From: Myxococcota bacterium
GTDB lineage: Bacteria > Myxococcota_A > UBA9042 > PHBI01 > JACKFB01
Length of the DNA: 64,000 nt
NCBI GenBank assembly: GCA_041389525.1
Contig: JAWKRR010000022.1
Span: 19,130 to 83,129, forward strand
Reading direction: 5' to 3'
A program made the position numbers and the translations under genes. Position 1 is the stretch's first letter. Each line of letters opens with the position of its first letter. Below the pieces are notes generated by a model. It saw only the letters and a program-made list of their open reading frames with translations. It had not been told where the DNA came from and searched no databases. Below, piece by piece: positions 36,230 to 46,015 of this stretch.

Positions 36230-39200
36230 GGCGCAGGACCCACACGGGGCCGGCCCTCGGCGCGACCCTGGCGCTGCTCTCGCTGCTCGGCCCGGCCCAC
36301 GCTCACGGCGGCCTCTTCGCCCCTCCGAGCGACCCCGATCTCGGGCTGGTGGACGTCGTCCCGCTGGCTGGCTCCCTGGTGACCGTCGACGCGAAAGGCT
36401 GGGCCTGGCTCGCCGATGTGTCCGACGAATACTGGCTCTCCGCGGTCCCCATGGGCGCGCCCTTCGCCGCGGCCACGTCGATTCGCTTCCCCAGCGTCCA
36501 GCTTGGCGGCCCGCCCTCCGCCAGCATCACCCACGGCCGCCGCGCCTGCCCGGCCCGAGACGGCGACGGCGTGTGGGTGCTGGACATCAAAAACGGCGAC
36601 ACCGCCTCACTGTTTCGCCTCCGCGCGGCCGACTACTCACCCCCCACGGGCTTTCCCGTGCAGGCGGTCGTCGAGATCCCGATGCTGCCACCGCTTCGCG
36701 AGGCCCTGGGGCTGAGCCTTAGCTGGGAGGCGACCCTGCAGACCTACTTCAAGACGAACGTCGCCCACCCGCGCTTCGGCCTGGTCGAGCGGCCCGACGG
36801 CGCGGTCTGCGCGATGTTCGCCGGCGCCTCGTTCTGCCTCGTCCCGGGCGCCACGGCCGCCGAGGGGACGCTTGAGCTGCTGACCCGGCCGGAGGACTTC
36901 GCGACAGGCCTGCCCGTGGACCCACAGGTCGGCGGCGGCGGCTACGGCATCGTGCGCGACATGCTGTGGACCCGCGCCGAGGGGCGCCACATCCTGCTCA
37001 TCGAGCGAAAGCGCGACCCCATCCCCTTCAACACCTCGTGGAATCCGACCGGAGCGAGCGAGCACACCGCTCATCTGGTGGTCGAGCGGCACCCCGACGG
37101 CACCTTCGACGTGCTCGACGGCCCCTACCACGTCAAATACGACGACAATCGCTCGACCCTGAGCAGCCACCCGCTCACCGACGCCGTTCAGCTAATGGAG
37201 TGGCCAGGGCGGCAGGCCGTGGTCGCGTGGCCCGTCCGCGGGCAAGCGTGGAACTGGGTCGACGCGAACGCTGGCGACGCGCAGGGAGGCGACCTGGCCA
37301 ACCCGAACTTCACCCCGGTCGGCTGGGTCGGCGACGGGATGCGCGTCGTGTCGCTGGGCGCTGGAGGCGGCGCGGGGGACCTGCCCCTGGGCGACGCCCT
37401 AGACCGGCGGCTCACCTGCGAGCGCGCGTTCTTCGGCCACTGCGCCACCGCCGCGACGACGCGACTCGTCGCCGAGCCAGGGACCGGGACCCCACTCCTC
37501 GCCCTGGAGACCGAGCGCGAGGGCGCGGGCCTGCCCATCTACCGCGTGGTGCTCGACGACGCGAAGCTGGACCTCGACGGCGACCACCTGACCGCCGCCG
37601 AGGAGGCCGCGGCGGGCACCAGCGACCTGTGGGCCGACAGCGACGGCGGCGGCAACAGCGACCGCGAAGAGCTGCTCGCGGGCACCGACCCGAACGACCC
37701 CCAAGACGATCCGGTGGGGGCGCTGCGGGACGGCGGCGAGGTCATCTACTCGACCAGCGCGCTGATTCGTCGTCGCCTCGGCCGCCTCTGGAGCGGCGGA
37801 GCCCCGCCCCCGCTGGGCATCAGCTACGCGCCGGCGGGCCCGGTCTGTGTCGCCACCGGCTGCTACAACGCCCGCGGCGAGCAGGTGCTGCGTTGGGACG
37901 GCCAGGACCCAGCGACGGCCTGGGTCCCGACCAAATCCGTCGACGGGCGCTGGGTGGTCATCTGGACGGCGGACGACGTGGTGCGCATCCGCGTGGCCGA
38001 CGGCCTGCGCGAGACCATCGTCGCGCGCGACGCCCTGGCGAGCCTGTTCGAGCTCGTGGACACGGGACCGGCGCTCTGGGGCGTGCGCGTCATCCCCGTC
38101 GACGCAGATGAAACCTGGTTCATCTCGCAGTGGCCCCGGGCCATGGCGGTGGTCGTCGACTCAAGCGGCGCGCGGGTGGCCTTCGACCCGATGAAAGCGC
38201 GCTGCGACGCGGGATTGGGGCCCTGCGACCCGGGCCCGCTGCCCGAGGCCGCCAACGCCCACAAGAGCTGCGGCGGCGGCCTGCCCGGCGCGGTGTGCGG
38301 CGACCCGCTGCCGGCCCACGACCTGGACGACCGCGACCTGCACCTCGTGGGCTGGGACGAGGCCCTGGGCCGCTTGATCGTGGTCGTTCATGGCGTCTGG
38401 GACACCTACGAGCTGGCCCTTCACCACACGGACGCCCCCATGCTGCGCCGCAGCAACGTCGACCTCCGCGTCGAGCCCGTCGACCCGCGCGACCCGTGGG
38501 CGCTCTTACGCCCGACGATTCATACCGAGGCCATGTGGCACGGCACCGGCTACGGCGACGTCCTGACCGACGTGCGCACGCGCGGCCCCTTCGGCGCGCC
38601 GATCGCCGGCCGCTTGGAGGCCTTCGCCATGTACGGCCCCGGGGTCTTCGGCGGCTGGGGCGACACGCTGCTCTACTGGCTCTACACCGGCAGCGGCCAG
38701 GACGGCCTCTTCGAGCTCGTCCGCATGCCGGGCGGCCTCGAACCGGGCGACGTGCTGGTCCTGGGGACACGCAGCGACCCCACCTGGGCCGGCTCGGTCG
38801 CCGGCGACGACCCGGAGCCACAGCTCTGGCGGAGCAGCGCGCGCGGAGGCTTGGCCCAAGTGTGGGCGGGCCCCCAGGGCCTGCTCGACGCGCCCACTGA
38901 CATGGACGTCACCGCCGACGGCGACCTCTGCATCGTCGACGGCGGCACGGTCTTCCGCTTCGCCGCGCTCTCTTTTGACCAGCGTTTGCCTAGCGTTTTC
39001 GTCGACGGCTGGACCGGACACGACGCGGCGCGCTGCCGCTTCGCCCCCGACGGCACGCTGTGGCTCCAGACCGCCGGGGGCGTGCTGATGAGCCAGCCCG
39101 AGATCACCTCCGACTTCGCCCCCGCCGAGGGCGGCCCCCCCTTCGAGGACCGCGCGCTGGTCCGCCCCGACGGGCTCGTCGTCAGCCTCAGCCCACCGCC

Positions 39201-39561
39201 GGCGAACACCCCCCACTACGGCGTCATCGCGACCGACCCCGCGACGAACGAGAGCTGGGAGCTAGCCCCCGTGACCTTCCGCGACGACGTCGCCCCGAGC
39301 GGCACGCCAGCGCCGCCCATCCTCGCGATGGTGCCCGGCGGCGAGCCCCGCGACCCGTGGACCGGCGAGCTCATCGTCGAGGCGGCGACCCGCACGGCCG
39401 CGGCGCGAGGCGAGTCCGCGCAGCCGGCCAGCCCCGCAGCGTCGGGCTGCGGCGCGGCGCGGCCGGGGGCCCCGTCAGGGCAGGCGCTGTGGCTGCTGCT
39501 CGGGCTCGCGGCGCTCGGCGTCAGCCGTCGTCGCCGGGCAAGCGACAGCCCAGGCATCTGA
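36226..39561 (+). CDS. large secreted protein (1111 aa) with thrombospondin-type-3-like Ca-binding repeat and C-terminal MYXO-CTERM-type sorting tail
   Basis: ATG 36226 overlaps the stop of the upstream gene (ATGA). Signal 'LALLSLLGPAHAHG'. 'DLDGDHLTAAEEAAAGTSDLWADSDGGGNSDREELLAGTDPNDPQDDP' is TSP3-like. C-terminus 'SGCGAARPGAPSGQALWLLLGLAALGVSRRRRASDSPGI' has a GC motif, a hydrophobic helix and an Arg cluster. The ORF 35509..39561 shares this frame but its upstream part is Arg-rich noise. Confidence 0.7.
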   Translation: MRRRTHTGPALGATLALLSLLGPAHAHGGLFAPPSDPDLGLVDVVPLAGSLVTVDAKGWAWLADVSDEYWLSAVPMGAPFAAATSIRFPSVQLGGPPSASITHGRRACPARDGDGVWVLDIKNGDTASLFRLRAADYSPPTGFPVQAVVEIPMLPPLREALGLSLSWEATLQTYFKTNVAHPRFGLVERPDGAVCAMFAGASFCLVPGATAAEGTLELLTRPEDFATGLPVDPQVGGGGYGIVRDMLWTRAEGRHILLIERKRDPIPFNTSWNPTGASEHTAHLVVERHPDGTFDVLDGPYHVKYDDNRSTLSSHPLTDAVQLMEWPGRQAVVAWPVRGQAWNWVDANAGDAQGGDLANPNFTPVGWVGDGMRVVSLGAGGGAGDLPLGDALDRRLTCERAFFGHCATAATTRLVAEPGTGTPLLALETEREGAGLPIYRVVLDDAKLDLDGDHLTAAEEAAAGTSDLWADSDGGGNSDREELLAGTDPNDPQDDPVGALRDGGEVIYSTSALIRRRLGRLWSGGAPPPLGISYAPAGPVCVATGCYNARGEQVLRWDGQDPATAWVPTKSVDGRWVVIWTADDVVRIRVADGLRETIVARDALASLFELVDTGPALWGVRVIPVDADETWFISQWPRAMAVVVDSSGARVAFDPMKARCDAGLGPCDPGPLPEAANAHKSCGGGLPGAVCGDPLPAHDLDDRDLHLVGWDEALGRLIVVVHGVWDTYELALHHTDAPMLRRSNVDLRVEPVDPRDPWALLRPTIHTEAMWHGTGYGDVLTDVRTRGPFGAPIAGRLEAFAMYGPGVFGGWGDTLLYWLYTGSGQDGLFELVRMPGGLEPGDVLVLGTRSDPTWAGSVAGDDPEPQLWRSSARGGLAQVWAGPQGLLDAPTDMDVTADGDLCIVDGGTVFRFAALSFDQRLPSVFVDGWTGHDAARCRFAPDGTLWLQTAGGVLMSQPEITSDFAPAEGGPPFEDRALVRPDGLVVSLSPPPANTPHYGVIATDPATNESWELAPVTFRDDVAPSGTPAPPILAMVPGGEPRDPWTGELIVEAATRTAAARGESAQPASPAASGCGAARPGAPSGQALWLLLGLAALGVSRRRRASDSPGI

Positions 39562-40911
39562 CGGCTCACCGAGCCGCAGCAGTTCTCTGCGAACCAGCCC
39601 GCGCCTCGCGATGTTGGCCGCCCGGTGACGCGGGCGAGCCAGCGCCGCGAGGACAAGCAGCGCGAGGATCAGCAGCGCGCTGCGGTCGGGCGCGCCGGTC
39701 GCGCTGCAGCCGGCGTTGGACTTGGCGGGCTCGGCGGCGGCGGTGTCTGCGAGGAGTTCCGCGACGGCGGCGTCCATAAGCGGCTCGGCGACGGCGGCGT
39801 CAACGGCTGGCTCGGCGATCGCCGCGTCGGCCGCCGGCTCCGGGGGCGACTCGGCGTCGATGATGTCCTCGGGCGGCGGCTCCCAACCGACCTCCGCACA
39901 CACGCCAGCATCACAGACCAGCCCGGGGTCTTCCTGGACGATCATCTCGCTCGGCGTGGTGCAGTGCTGTCCCTGCGTCACCAGCTCGCCGCTCGACAGC
40001 CGGTACAGCTCCACCTTGACGCACCAGGGCGCTACCGGGATTTGGCCAAACTCCTCCTCCACAAAGAACTCGAGTCGGTCCGTCGTGGTCTGGCCGTCGA
40101 GGACCGGCAGCACGGGCAGCCGCTCGACGTATCCCCACGGTGGCGCGTGCGTGTACTCGATCCAGATGAGGTAGTCCGAGCCGACGGCCGTGCCGAGCCC
40201 CGAGACCGCGTACTCCACGAAGTACTCAACCAACGTCCCACGCCAGCAGCACACGCCGGGCTGGTTCTCGCAGTACGTCACCTCCGCTTGCTGTTCGCAC
40301 TCCTCGGTCTTCGCGTAGGCCGTGCTATCGCCCGGTCGCTTCAGCAGGTAGCTGTGTAGTTCGAGCTGCGGCAGGAGCGGCGGTTCGCTGACGACGAAGA
40401 AGGGGACGGTCCGGGCGAACGACTCGAAGGCGCACCCGGGTTTGACGCCGGTTGGCGGTTGCTGCGTGAACATGCTGACGCGGTATTCGCCGGGGCTCAA
40501 CGGCGCCAGCGGCTGCCACCACAGCTCCTTCTTCAGCACCGCGGGTCCGGGGTGGTCGGGCGGCTGCGCTCCCGGGACGCCAAAGCCGACCCCGAGCACA
40601 CCGGCGACCACTGCACCCGCGGTGTCGCGCACGATGACGCTGAGCGTGGGATCCGCGGCGAGGTCAGCCGGCGGCGGATCTTGAGCCGCGCTGGATTGCC
40701 AGTAGGCCGGCAGCGGGACCTTGGCCGTGGGGCCGTGGCCGTGCAGATTCTCGGCGAACGGGACGATGGCGAACCACGCGCCGGTCGTGCACGGGACGAT
40801 GGTGCCGCCGTCGTGACCCTCCTGCGGGAGACTCTCCGCCCGCGCAGAGGCCGCCGCGAAGCTGCTCGCGATGGCGAAGAACCCGAGAATTAGCGAGCGA
40901 TTCGACTTCAC
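39475..40911 (-). CDS. secreted Cys-containing protein with MYXO-CTERM-like motif followed by an unusual 48-aa tail
   Basis: Signal peptide 'MKSNRSLILGFFAIASSFAAASARA'. Motif 'AKSNAGCSATGAPDRSALLILALLVLAALARPRHRA' matches the MYXO-CTERM architecture. The ORF continues about 48 aa (antisense to the neighbouring gene's MYXO-CTERM codons) before the first stop, overlapping gene 36226..39561 by 87 bp. Confidence 0.6.
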   Translation of the reverse strand: MKSNRSLILGFFAIASSFAAASARAESLPQEGHDGGTIVPCTTGAWFAIVPFAENLHGHGPTAKVPLPAYWQSSAAQDPPPADLAADPTLSVIVRDTAGAVVAGVLGVGFGVPGAQPPDHPGPAVLKKELWWQPLAPLSPGEYRVSMFTQQPPTGVKPGCAFESFARTVPFFVVSEPPLLPQLELHSYLLKRPGDSTAYAKTEECEQQAEVTYCENQPGVCCWRGTLVEYFVEYAVSGLGTAVGSDYLIWIEYTHAPPWGYVERLPVLPVLDGQTTTDRLEFFVEEEFGQIPVAPWCVKVELYRLSSGELVTQGQHCTTPSEMIVQEDPGLVCDAGVCAEVGWEPPPEDIIDAESPPEPAADAAIAEPAVDAAVAEPLMDAAVAELLADTAAAEPAKSNAGCSATGAPDRSALLILALLVLAALARPRHRAANIARRGLVRRELLRLGEPSDAWAVACPATTADAERREPEQQPQRLP

Positions 40912-41337
40912 AGCGGCTCCCGGTGGCGCCGCGTGACACGCGGACCTTACGAAGGTAGCACCGCGTCGACTTCGGGCATAGGGCGAGGCGCGCGCCGAGC
41001 TCGGGATGCACGGGCGCTTGCGGAGCGCGGCGGGCGGCCATGAGCAACACAGTGTGGAGAAATGGGGAGGACGGCCCGATCTCGGGCTGAGAAGTGCGGT
41101 ATTTCTCTACACACCGTTTGCGATGCGATACGGCTTGGCGCCCTGGAGCCGGGCGGCTCGCGGGGATGGCACGCTTGTTGCGTTTCGGCTACCAGAGCGG
41201 AGGCGCGGTGGGCGTCACTCGGCGTGGCCGGTGCTTTCGCAGACGCCTCTCGGCGCCGCTGACGTTTGCGCGCTGCAATGCACAACGATCAGGACGGGCG
41301 CCCGGGGCCAGGCCACGAGAATTGGAGGGAGCGCGAT

Positions 41338-42349
41338 GCAGGCGACACAACGAATGGCGTGGGGACTCGTGGCGGCCGTGGCGGCTTTGGGAGCGTGCGC
41401 CTCGTCGGAGAGCGGGGCCGAAGCGGTCGCCGACTCGAGCCAAGCGCTCGGGAGCGAGCTACCGAACGGCGCGGACACCGCCGACAGCGCGGGCGGCGCC
41501 GATGCCGCAGACGGGACGGGCTGGATAGACACCGTCGACGCCGCGGACGGCGCCGGCCTCGAGCTCTCGGCGGAAGGCTGCCCGGCGCAGATCCCCTGGG
41601 TGCGAAACGAGGCGCCGATCGCCTGTGACACCGCCGTCTCCGCCACCGACTGCGCGTACCCCGCGCCTGGGTGTGCCGCGGGCGAGCGTCCCGACAACGC
41701 CTGCCGCTGCGTGCCAGACTTGGTCGGGACAAAAGCCACTTGGCGCTGCGACAGCCCGTTTCACACCTGCCTGCCGCTGCCAGGCGACGCCGCACCCGGC
41801 GAGCCGACCCGCGCGGTGCCCACCGAGCGCGTCCCGGCCGCGTGCGCCGACCCCGCTGCCCGTCCAGCGGCCCCAGCGTGCGTCCCCTCGCGAAACCCCG
41901 GGAACTCGCCCGGCTTCTGCGAGACGGCCGCCGACTGCGGCGCCGGAGAGGTCTGCCTCGACACCTACGGGATCGCCCCGACCTCCTTCGGCGAGACCCT
42001 GTGCGGCTGTCACCCGGTGAGCTGCCTCGACGACAGCGGCTGCGACGCCGACGAGGCCTGCGCCTGCGGCAAAGTGGGCGGCACCGGACCCTGCGGTGGC
42101 TTCTTCCCCGCCCAATGCAGCCACAAGTGCCTCCCGGCGGAGTGCCGAAGCTCGGCAGACTGCGACCCCGGCGGCATCTGCAGCCCATCGAAGGATCAGT
42201 GCGATCGGGGCGTCGAGCGCTACGCCTGCCACTATCCCGACCGCGACGAGTGCCTCAGCGACGCCGAGTGCTTCGGTAGCTCCGGCGCCTGTCGCTACGA
42301 CGCGACCTCGGCGAGCTGGGCCTGCCACACGCCGCTGATCTGCGACTGA
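41338..42349 (+). CDS. Cys-rich secreted lipoprotein
   Basis: ATG 41338, lipobox 'LGACAS'. Acidic Ala/Asp/Gly linker. About 30 Cys in motifs such as 'CADPAARPAAPACVPS...CETAADCGAGEVC...CGCHPVSCLDDSGCDADEACAC'. Confidence 0.6.
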
Positions 42350-42458
42350 ACCAGTCGCGGCGCGCGCCCCGGGCATCACGCTGCGGGGCTCGCGCCGCGC
42401 TTACCGTGCCTCCATCGCCCTGATATGCTGCGGGCATTCAGCACATTGGAGGCACATC

Positions 42459-43901
42459 ATGCGAGCTGCCGCCGCAGGGATATTCCTGGCGAGCCTCTGC
42501 CTCGTCGCCGGCCCGGTTTGGGCCCAGGGCGCGCCGCCGTCCGAAGACGAGTCGGGGGTCGCCGAAGACGAAGGCGACGACGAGGACGAGGACAATGACA
42601 CACCCGAGCCGCTGCCCGCCCTGACGGCTCGCGGGCGCATCGTCGTGCAGGCCGATCCGCTCTTTCAGGGCGCATCACCCGAGCTGAGCGAGCGGGGCTA
42701 CGAGCTGGTCCGCTCCATCCGGGCGGCCATGGCGGGCTTCACCGGCAAGGTCACCGTGACGGTGCACTGGAGCACCGGGGGCACCCGCGAGTGGACCCTC
42801 GGCGCGACCAAGCGGCGCGCGGAGGCGCTGGCGAATTACATCGTTGGCATCGGGATCCCCGCGTCGCGCGTCGTCGCCGTGGGCCGCGGCTTCGACCTCC
42901 CCGTCGCGTCGAACGACAGCCCCGAGGGGCAGGCGGCCAACCGCCGCGTCGAGATCGTGTCGGACTCCAGGGCCAAGCTGGTCGCCCCCGCCCCTGCCGC
43001 GAAGCCGGCACCCGAGGCCGAGCCTGCGCCGACGCCCGCACCAAAGCCCGCCGCGGCCGAGCAAGATAAGCCCGCCCGCACTCAGGCCCCCGCCCCACGG
43101 ACGCCCGCGCCCAACGGCAGCGCCACCGCCCGCGTCGAGGCCAAGCTGCAGCAAGCCGTCGGCCTCGCCGAGAGACTCCGCGACTCGGTCAAACGCGGCG
43201 CCGCCGACTGCGCAGCCGTGAGCGGCGCCGTCATCAAGTGGAGCGCCGACGACGACAAGCCCCTGGAGGCGCTGGGCGACGAGATCACCGACATCTTCGA
43301 CCACGAGCTGAACTACCAATACACCCCAGCCCACCGGCAGCTACTCACGCGCTATTCCCAGGCGATGGCGGCGGCGATCGCGTCGCTCGAGGCCTGCGGC
43401 GAGGCGGGTGGGCTGACGCCGGCCGCCCTCGCGGCGATCGACGCCATGGACGCCGTGAACGACCTGCTCTACGAGCCGCGCGGGGTCAACGCGGACCCGC
43501 TGTGCCGGCGGCTCAGCGAGCTCGAGCGCGACGTGCGCGAAGACCCCGCTAGGCTCAAGGGCGCGCCCATCGACGGCGGCTTCGCCAGCAAGCGCGGGCT
43601 CCCCGACACCACCTGCGAATACAGCGGCGGCGGCGTCATGTGCGAGGTGGGGCGCTACCCCACGGTGGTCGAGGCGGCCGAGACCTACGTAGCGATGGAG
43701 ACGCGAATCAGCGCCTGCCACTTCTCCCGCGAGGAGAGCGAGATGGACCGCCTGCACCACCGCCCCGGAGCACGCAATCAGCGGGTCTGGCTGCACACCG
43801 GGATGCCCGGCCGCTCGGCCGTGACCTGCCTGCTGCGGCTGGTGCCGACGATGGACGGCGGAGTCCGGACGGTCCTGGTCGTCGACCGCGCCCGGTTCTA
43901 G
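42459..43901 (+). CDS. OmpA-family (peptidoglycan-binding OmpA_C-like) secreted protein with a C-terminal domain of unknown function
   Basis: Signal 'LASLCLVAGPVWAQG'. Acidic tract. OmpA_C-like 'RGRIVVQADPLFQGASPELSERGYELVRSIRAAMAGFTGKVTVTVHWST...TKRRAEALANYIVGIGIPASRVVAVGRGFDLPVASNDSPEGQAANRRVEI'. Confidence 0.7.
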   Translation: MRAAAAGIFLASLCLVAGPVWAQGAPPSEDESGVAEDEGDDEDEDNDTPEPLPALTARGRIVVQADPLFQGASPELSERGYELVRSIRAAMAGFTGKVTVTVHWSTGGTREWTLGATKRRAEALANYIVGIGIPASRVVAVGRGFDLPVASNDSPEGQAANRRVEIVSDSRAKLVAPAPAAKPAPEAEPAPTPAPKPAAAEQDKPARTQAPAPRTPAPNGSATARVEAKLQQAVGLAERLRDSVKRGAADCAAVSGAVIKWSADDDKPLEALGDEITDIFDHELNYQYTPAHRQLLTRYSQAMAAAIASLEACGEAGGLTPAALAAIDAMDAVNDLLYEPRGVNADPLCRRLSELERDVREDPARLKGAPIDGGFASKRGLPDTTCEYSGGGVMCEVGRYPTVVEAAETYVAMETRISACHFSREESEMDRLHHRPGARNQRVWLHTGMPGRSAVTCLLRLVPTMDGGVRTVLVVDRARF

Positions 43902-44142
43902 TCGCGAGCCCCGCGCGCGTCCGTCGTCGCCCGCCCCCCGCGCGCTGAAATCGTCCGCGTCGCCGCCACAGCGGGCTGTCACGGCGCGCGCGGTGCCTAC
44001 TCCTGAAGCGATCCTCGGGCGTCGTCGAGGGCGAATCACCCATCTGACGAGTCCTTGACGGGGTCGGAGCGGTCGGTTCGCCAACCCGTGGGAAGAACGC
44101 GGCTCGCGTTCGCCGCCCACGCACGCCTCTGGAGGCTCCCGC

Positions 44143-45339
44143 ATGCACCCTGTGCAACTCCCCTCAGCACCCACGCGCCACCTGTGGATTTCCACCCTCG
44201 CCCTCAGCTGCGTCGTCGCGACCAGCGCGCTCGCCTGCGGGGACGGGGGCGACTCGGGGCCCGCGCCGAAGTCGGTCTACGGCCCGACCACCCGCGAGAC
44301 GGTCAACGAGTACAAGCGAAACCGCGACGACGGCACGCTGCTGACCATCACCTCAGAGGTCGTCGGCGAGATCGCGCTGCCCACCGGCACCTTCCAGCGC
44401 ACGCGGCTCGGCGAGTTCACGCCCACCGCGCCAAGCGGCATCGAGGCGTGGGTCTCGTTTCCCACCCCCGAGACCCTGACCATCGCGGGCGGCGAGGCGT
44501 GGTCGCAGCAGCTGCTCCCGAGCCCCAACCCCGCCGATTCCTCAGCGCGCGTCGAGCTCGCCACCCCCATCACCGTGGACCTCACGCCCACCCTCGGCGA
44601 GGCTCAGCCGCTCGACGGCGAGGTCAGCGTGGACATCCTCGGCACCCGGGTCGACCTGAGCGTCACCGGCAGCTTCACCCTGGTCGGCGACGACGTGACG
44701 GTGATGACCGGCGCCGGAGCGCTGCACGGGTGCCGCCACTACACGGGCAGCGGCAAGGCCGAGGGCAACGAGCTGCTGACCCTGCTGGGCGCCGACTCCG
44801 CCAGCGGCGAGCTGTGGCAACACCCCAACCTGGGCTTCGTGCGCGCCGTCGCCTCCGTGCCGGGCAAACCCGACTACGTCTTCGACTTCACCGGCACCAG
44901 CGAGTACGGCCGCGCGACCTCGGGCACCAACCGCATCCAGGGCATGCGGGTGCTCCGCACGCTCGACGAGTTCGAGCTGAACACCTACGACGTCCACGGC
45001 GCGCTGGACGCCGACAAGGACACCCACGCCAAGATGATGATCGAGGCCCGCTACCTGGACGAAGACCTCGCGCGCTCGTCGAACCGGCCGCCCATCGCGA
45101 CCGAGATCGGCACGCTGTTCGGCACCTTCCCGCACTTCCTCGTCGAGTCGCCCCTGAGCTTCTTTCACCCCGAGGAGAACGGCCAGGGCTTCACCTACTG
45201 GATCGCCTACGTCGACCAAGCGGCGAAGAACGAGCCGTCCAACGGCATCACGTACCACGTCACCGCCTGGGTCCCCGACTACGGGACCAACCCGGTGCGG
45301 GTGACCAGCCGCATCGTCTATCAGCTCTACACGCCCTGA
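44143..45339 (+). CDS. lipoprotein, unknown function
   Basis: Lipobox 'SALACG'. 398-aa protein-like ORF. Followed immediately by an inverted REP-like motif at 45348-45361. Confidence 0.55.
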   Translation: MHPVQLPSAPTRHLWISTLALSCVVATSALACGDGGDSGPAPKSVYGPTTRETVNEYKRNRDDGTLLTITSEVVGEIALPTGTFQRTRLGEFTPTAPSGIEAWVSFPTPETLTIAGGEAWSQQLLPSPNPADSSARVELATPITVDLTPTLGEAQPLDGEVSVDILGTRVDLSVTGSFTLVGDDVTVMTGAGALHGCRHYTGSGKAEGNELLTLLGADSASGELWQHPNLGFVRAVASVPGKPDYVFDFTGTSEYGRATSGTNRIQGMRVLRTLDEFELNTYDVHGALDADKDTHAKMMIEARYLDEDLARSSNRPPIATEIGTLFGTFPHFLVESPLSFFHPEENGQGFTYWIAYVDQAAKNEPSNGITYHVTAWVPDYGTNPVRVTSRIVYQLYTP

Positions 45340-45428
45340 TCTCGGGCTGGCTTGTCCGGGTGGCCCTCGGCGACGGGGGCCCTCGGACCGGCCGCGGTCG
45401 GCTGCTCGCGCCGGCCCGCGCGCGCGGG

Positions 45429-45809
45429 TCAGTCAGCGTCCAGCGAGGTCGCCAGCGCGAGGTCGTGCTCGACCTGGGCGAGGACGTCCTTGCAGATCAG
45501 GTCGCAGAGCTGACGCGGCGTGTCGTTGGCCAGGGTGTAGATGACCGAGGTGCCCTGCTTGGTGCGGTCGATGAAGCCGGCGGACCGCAAAAGAGCCAGG
45601 TGTTTGCTGGTGTTTGCGACGCTCAGCTCGGCGGCGTCGGCGAGCTCGGTGACCGCCCAGTCGCGGTCGAGCAGGAGCTGCAGCAGCCGGAGGCGGTTGG
45701 GGTCCGACAGGGCTTGGAAGCGGCTGGCCACCTTCACGACGAGGCCGGGCGGCATCAGCTGGGTCTCAGGCGCCGTCTCGCGGCGCGTCTCGGCGGTGTT
45801 CTGGCTCAT
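45429..45809 (-). CDS. ArsR/SmtB-family transcriptional regulator (BigR/SqrR-like candidate)
   Basis: ATG 45809. Winged-HTH 'LSDPNRLRLLQLLLDRDWAVTELADAAELSVANTSKHLALLRSAGFIDRTKQGTSVIY'. Two Cys in 'RQLCDLICKD'. Last gene of the sulfur operon on the minus strand. Confidence 0.75.
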   Translation of the reverse strand: MSQNTAETRRETAPETQLMPPGLVVKVASRFQALSDPNRLRLLQLLLDRDWAVTELADAAELSVANTSKHLALLRSAGFIDRTKQGTSVIYTLANDTPRQLCDLICKDVLAQVEHDLALATSLDAD

Positions 45810-45971
45810 GGCTGGCCCTCGGCGGCCCGGGGATCGGGGCAATTCGGCAGGGGTTTTCGGAGAGAGTGTGCGCTCCGCCCTGGTCCGGATTTATCACGAC
45901 GGGCGGCATTCAGGTACACAGGCGCGCGGGTGCGTCGACCTAAGGTCCGGCGGCGCGGGCGGTGACGAGAG

Positions 45972-45986
45972 CGCCAGCCCGAGATC
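45972..45986 (+). repeat. REP-like motif copy (CGCCAGCCCGAGATC) in the ArsR/rhodanese intergenic region
   Basis: Exact 15-mer shared with 3147-3161 and 12911-12925. An inverted copy, 45348-45361, lies 600 bp away. Confidence 0.6.
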
Positions 45987-46015
45987 TTGGCGCGGCAGGG
46001 GTCGGCCTCTCGAGC

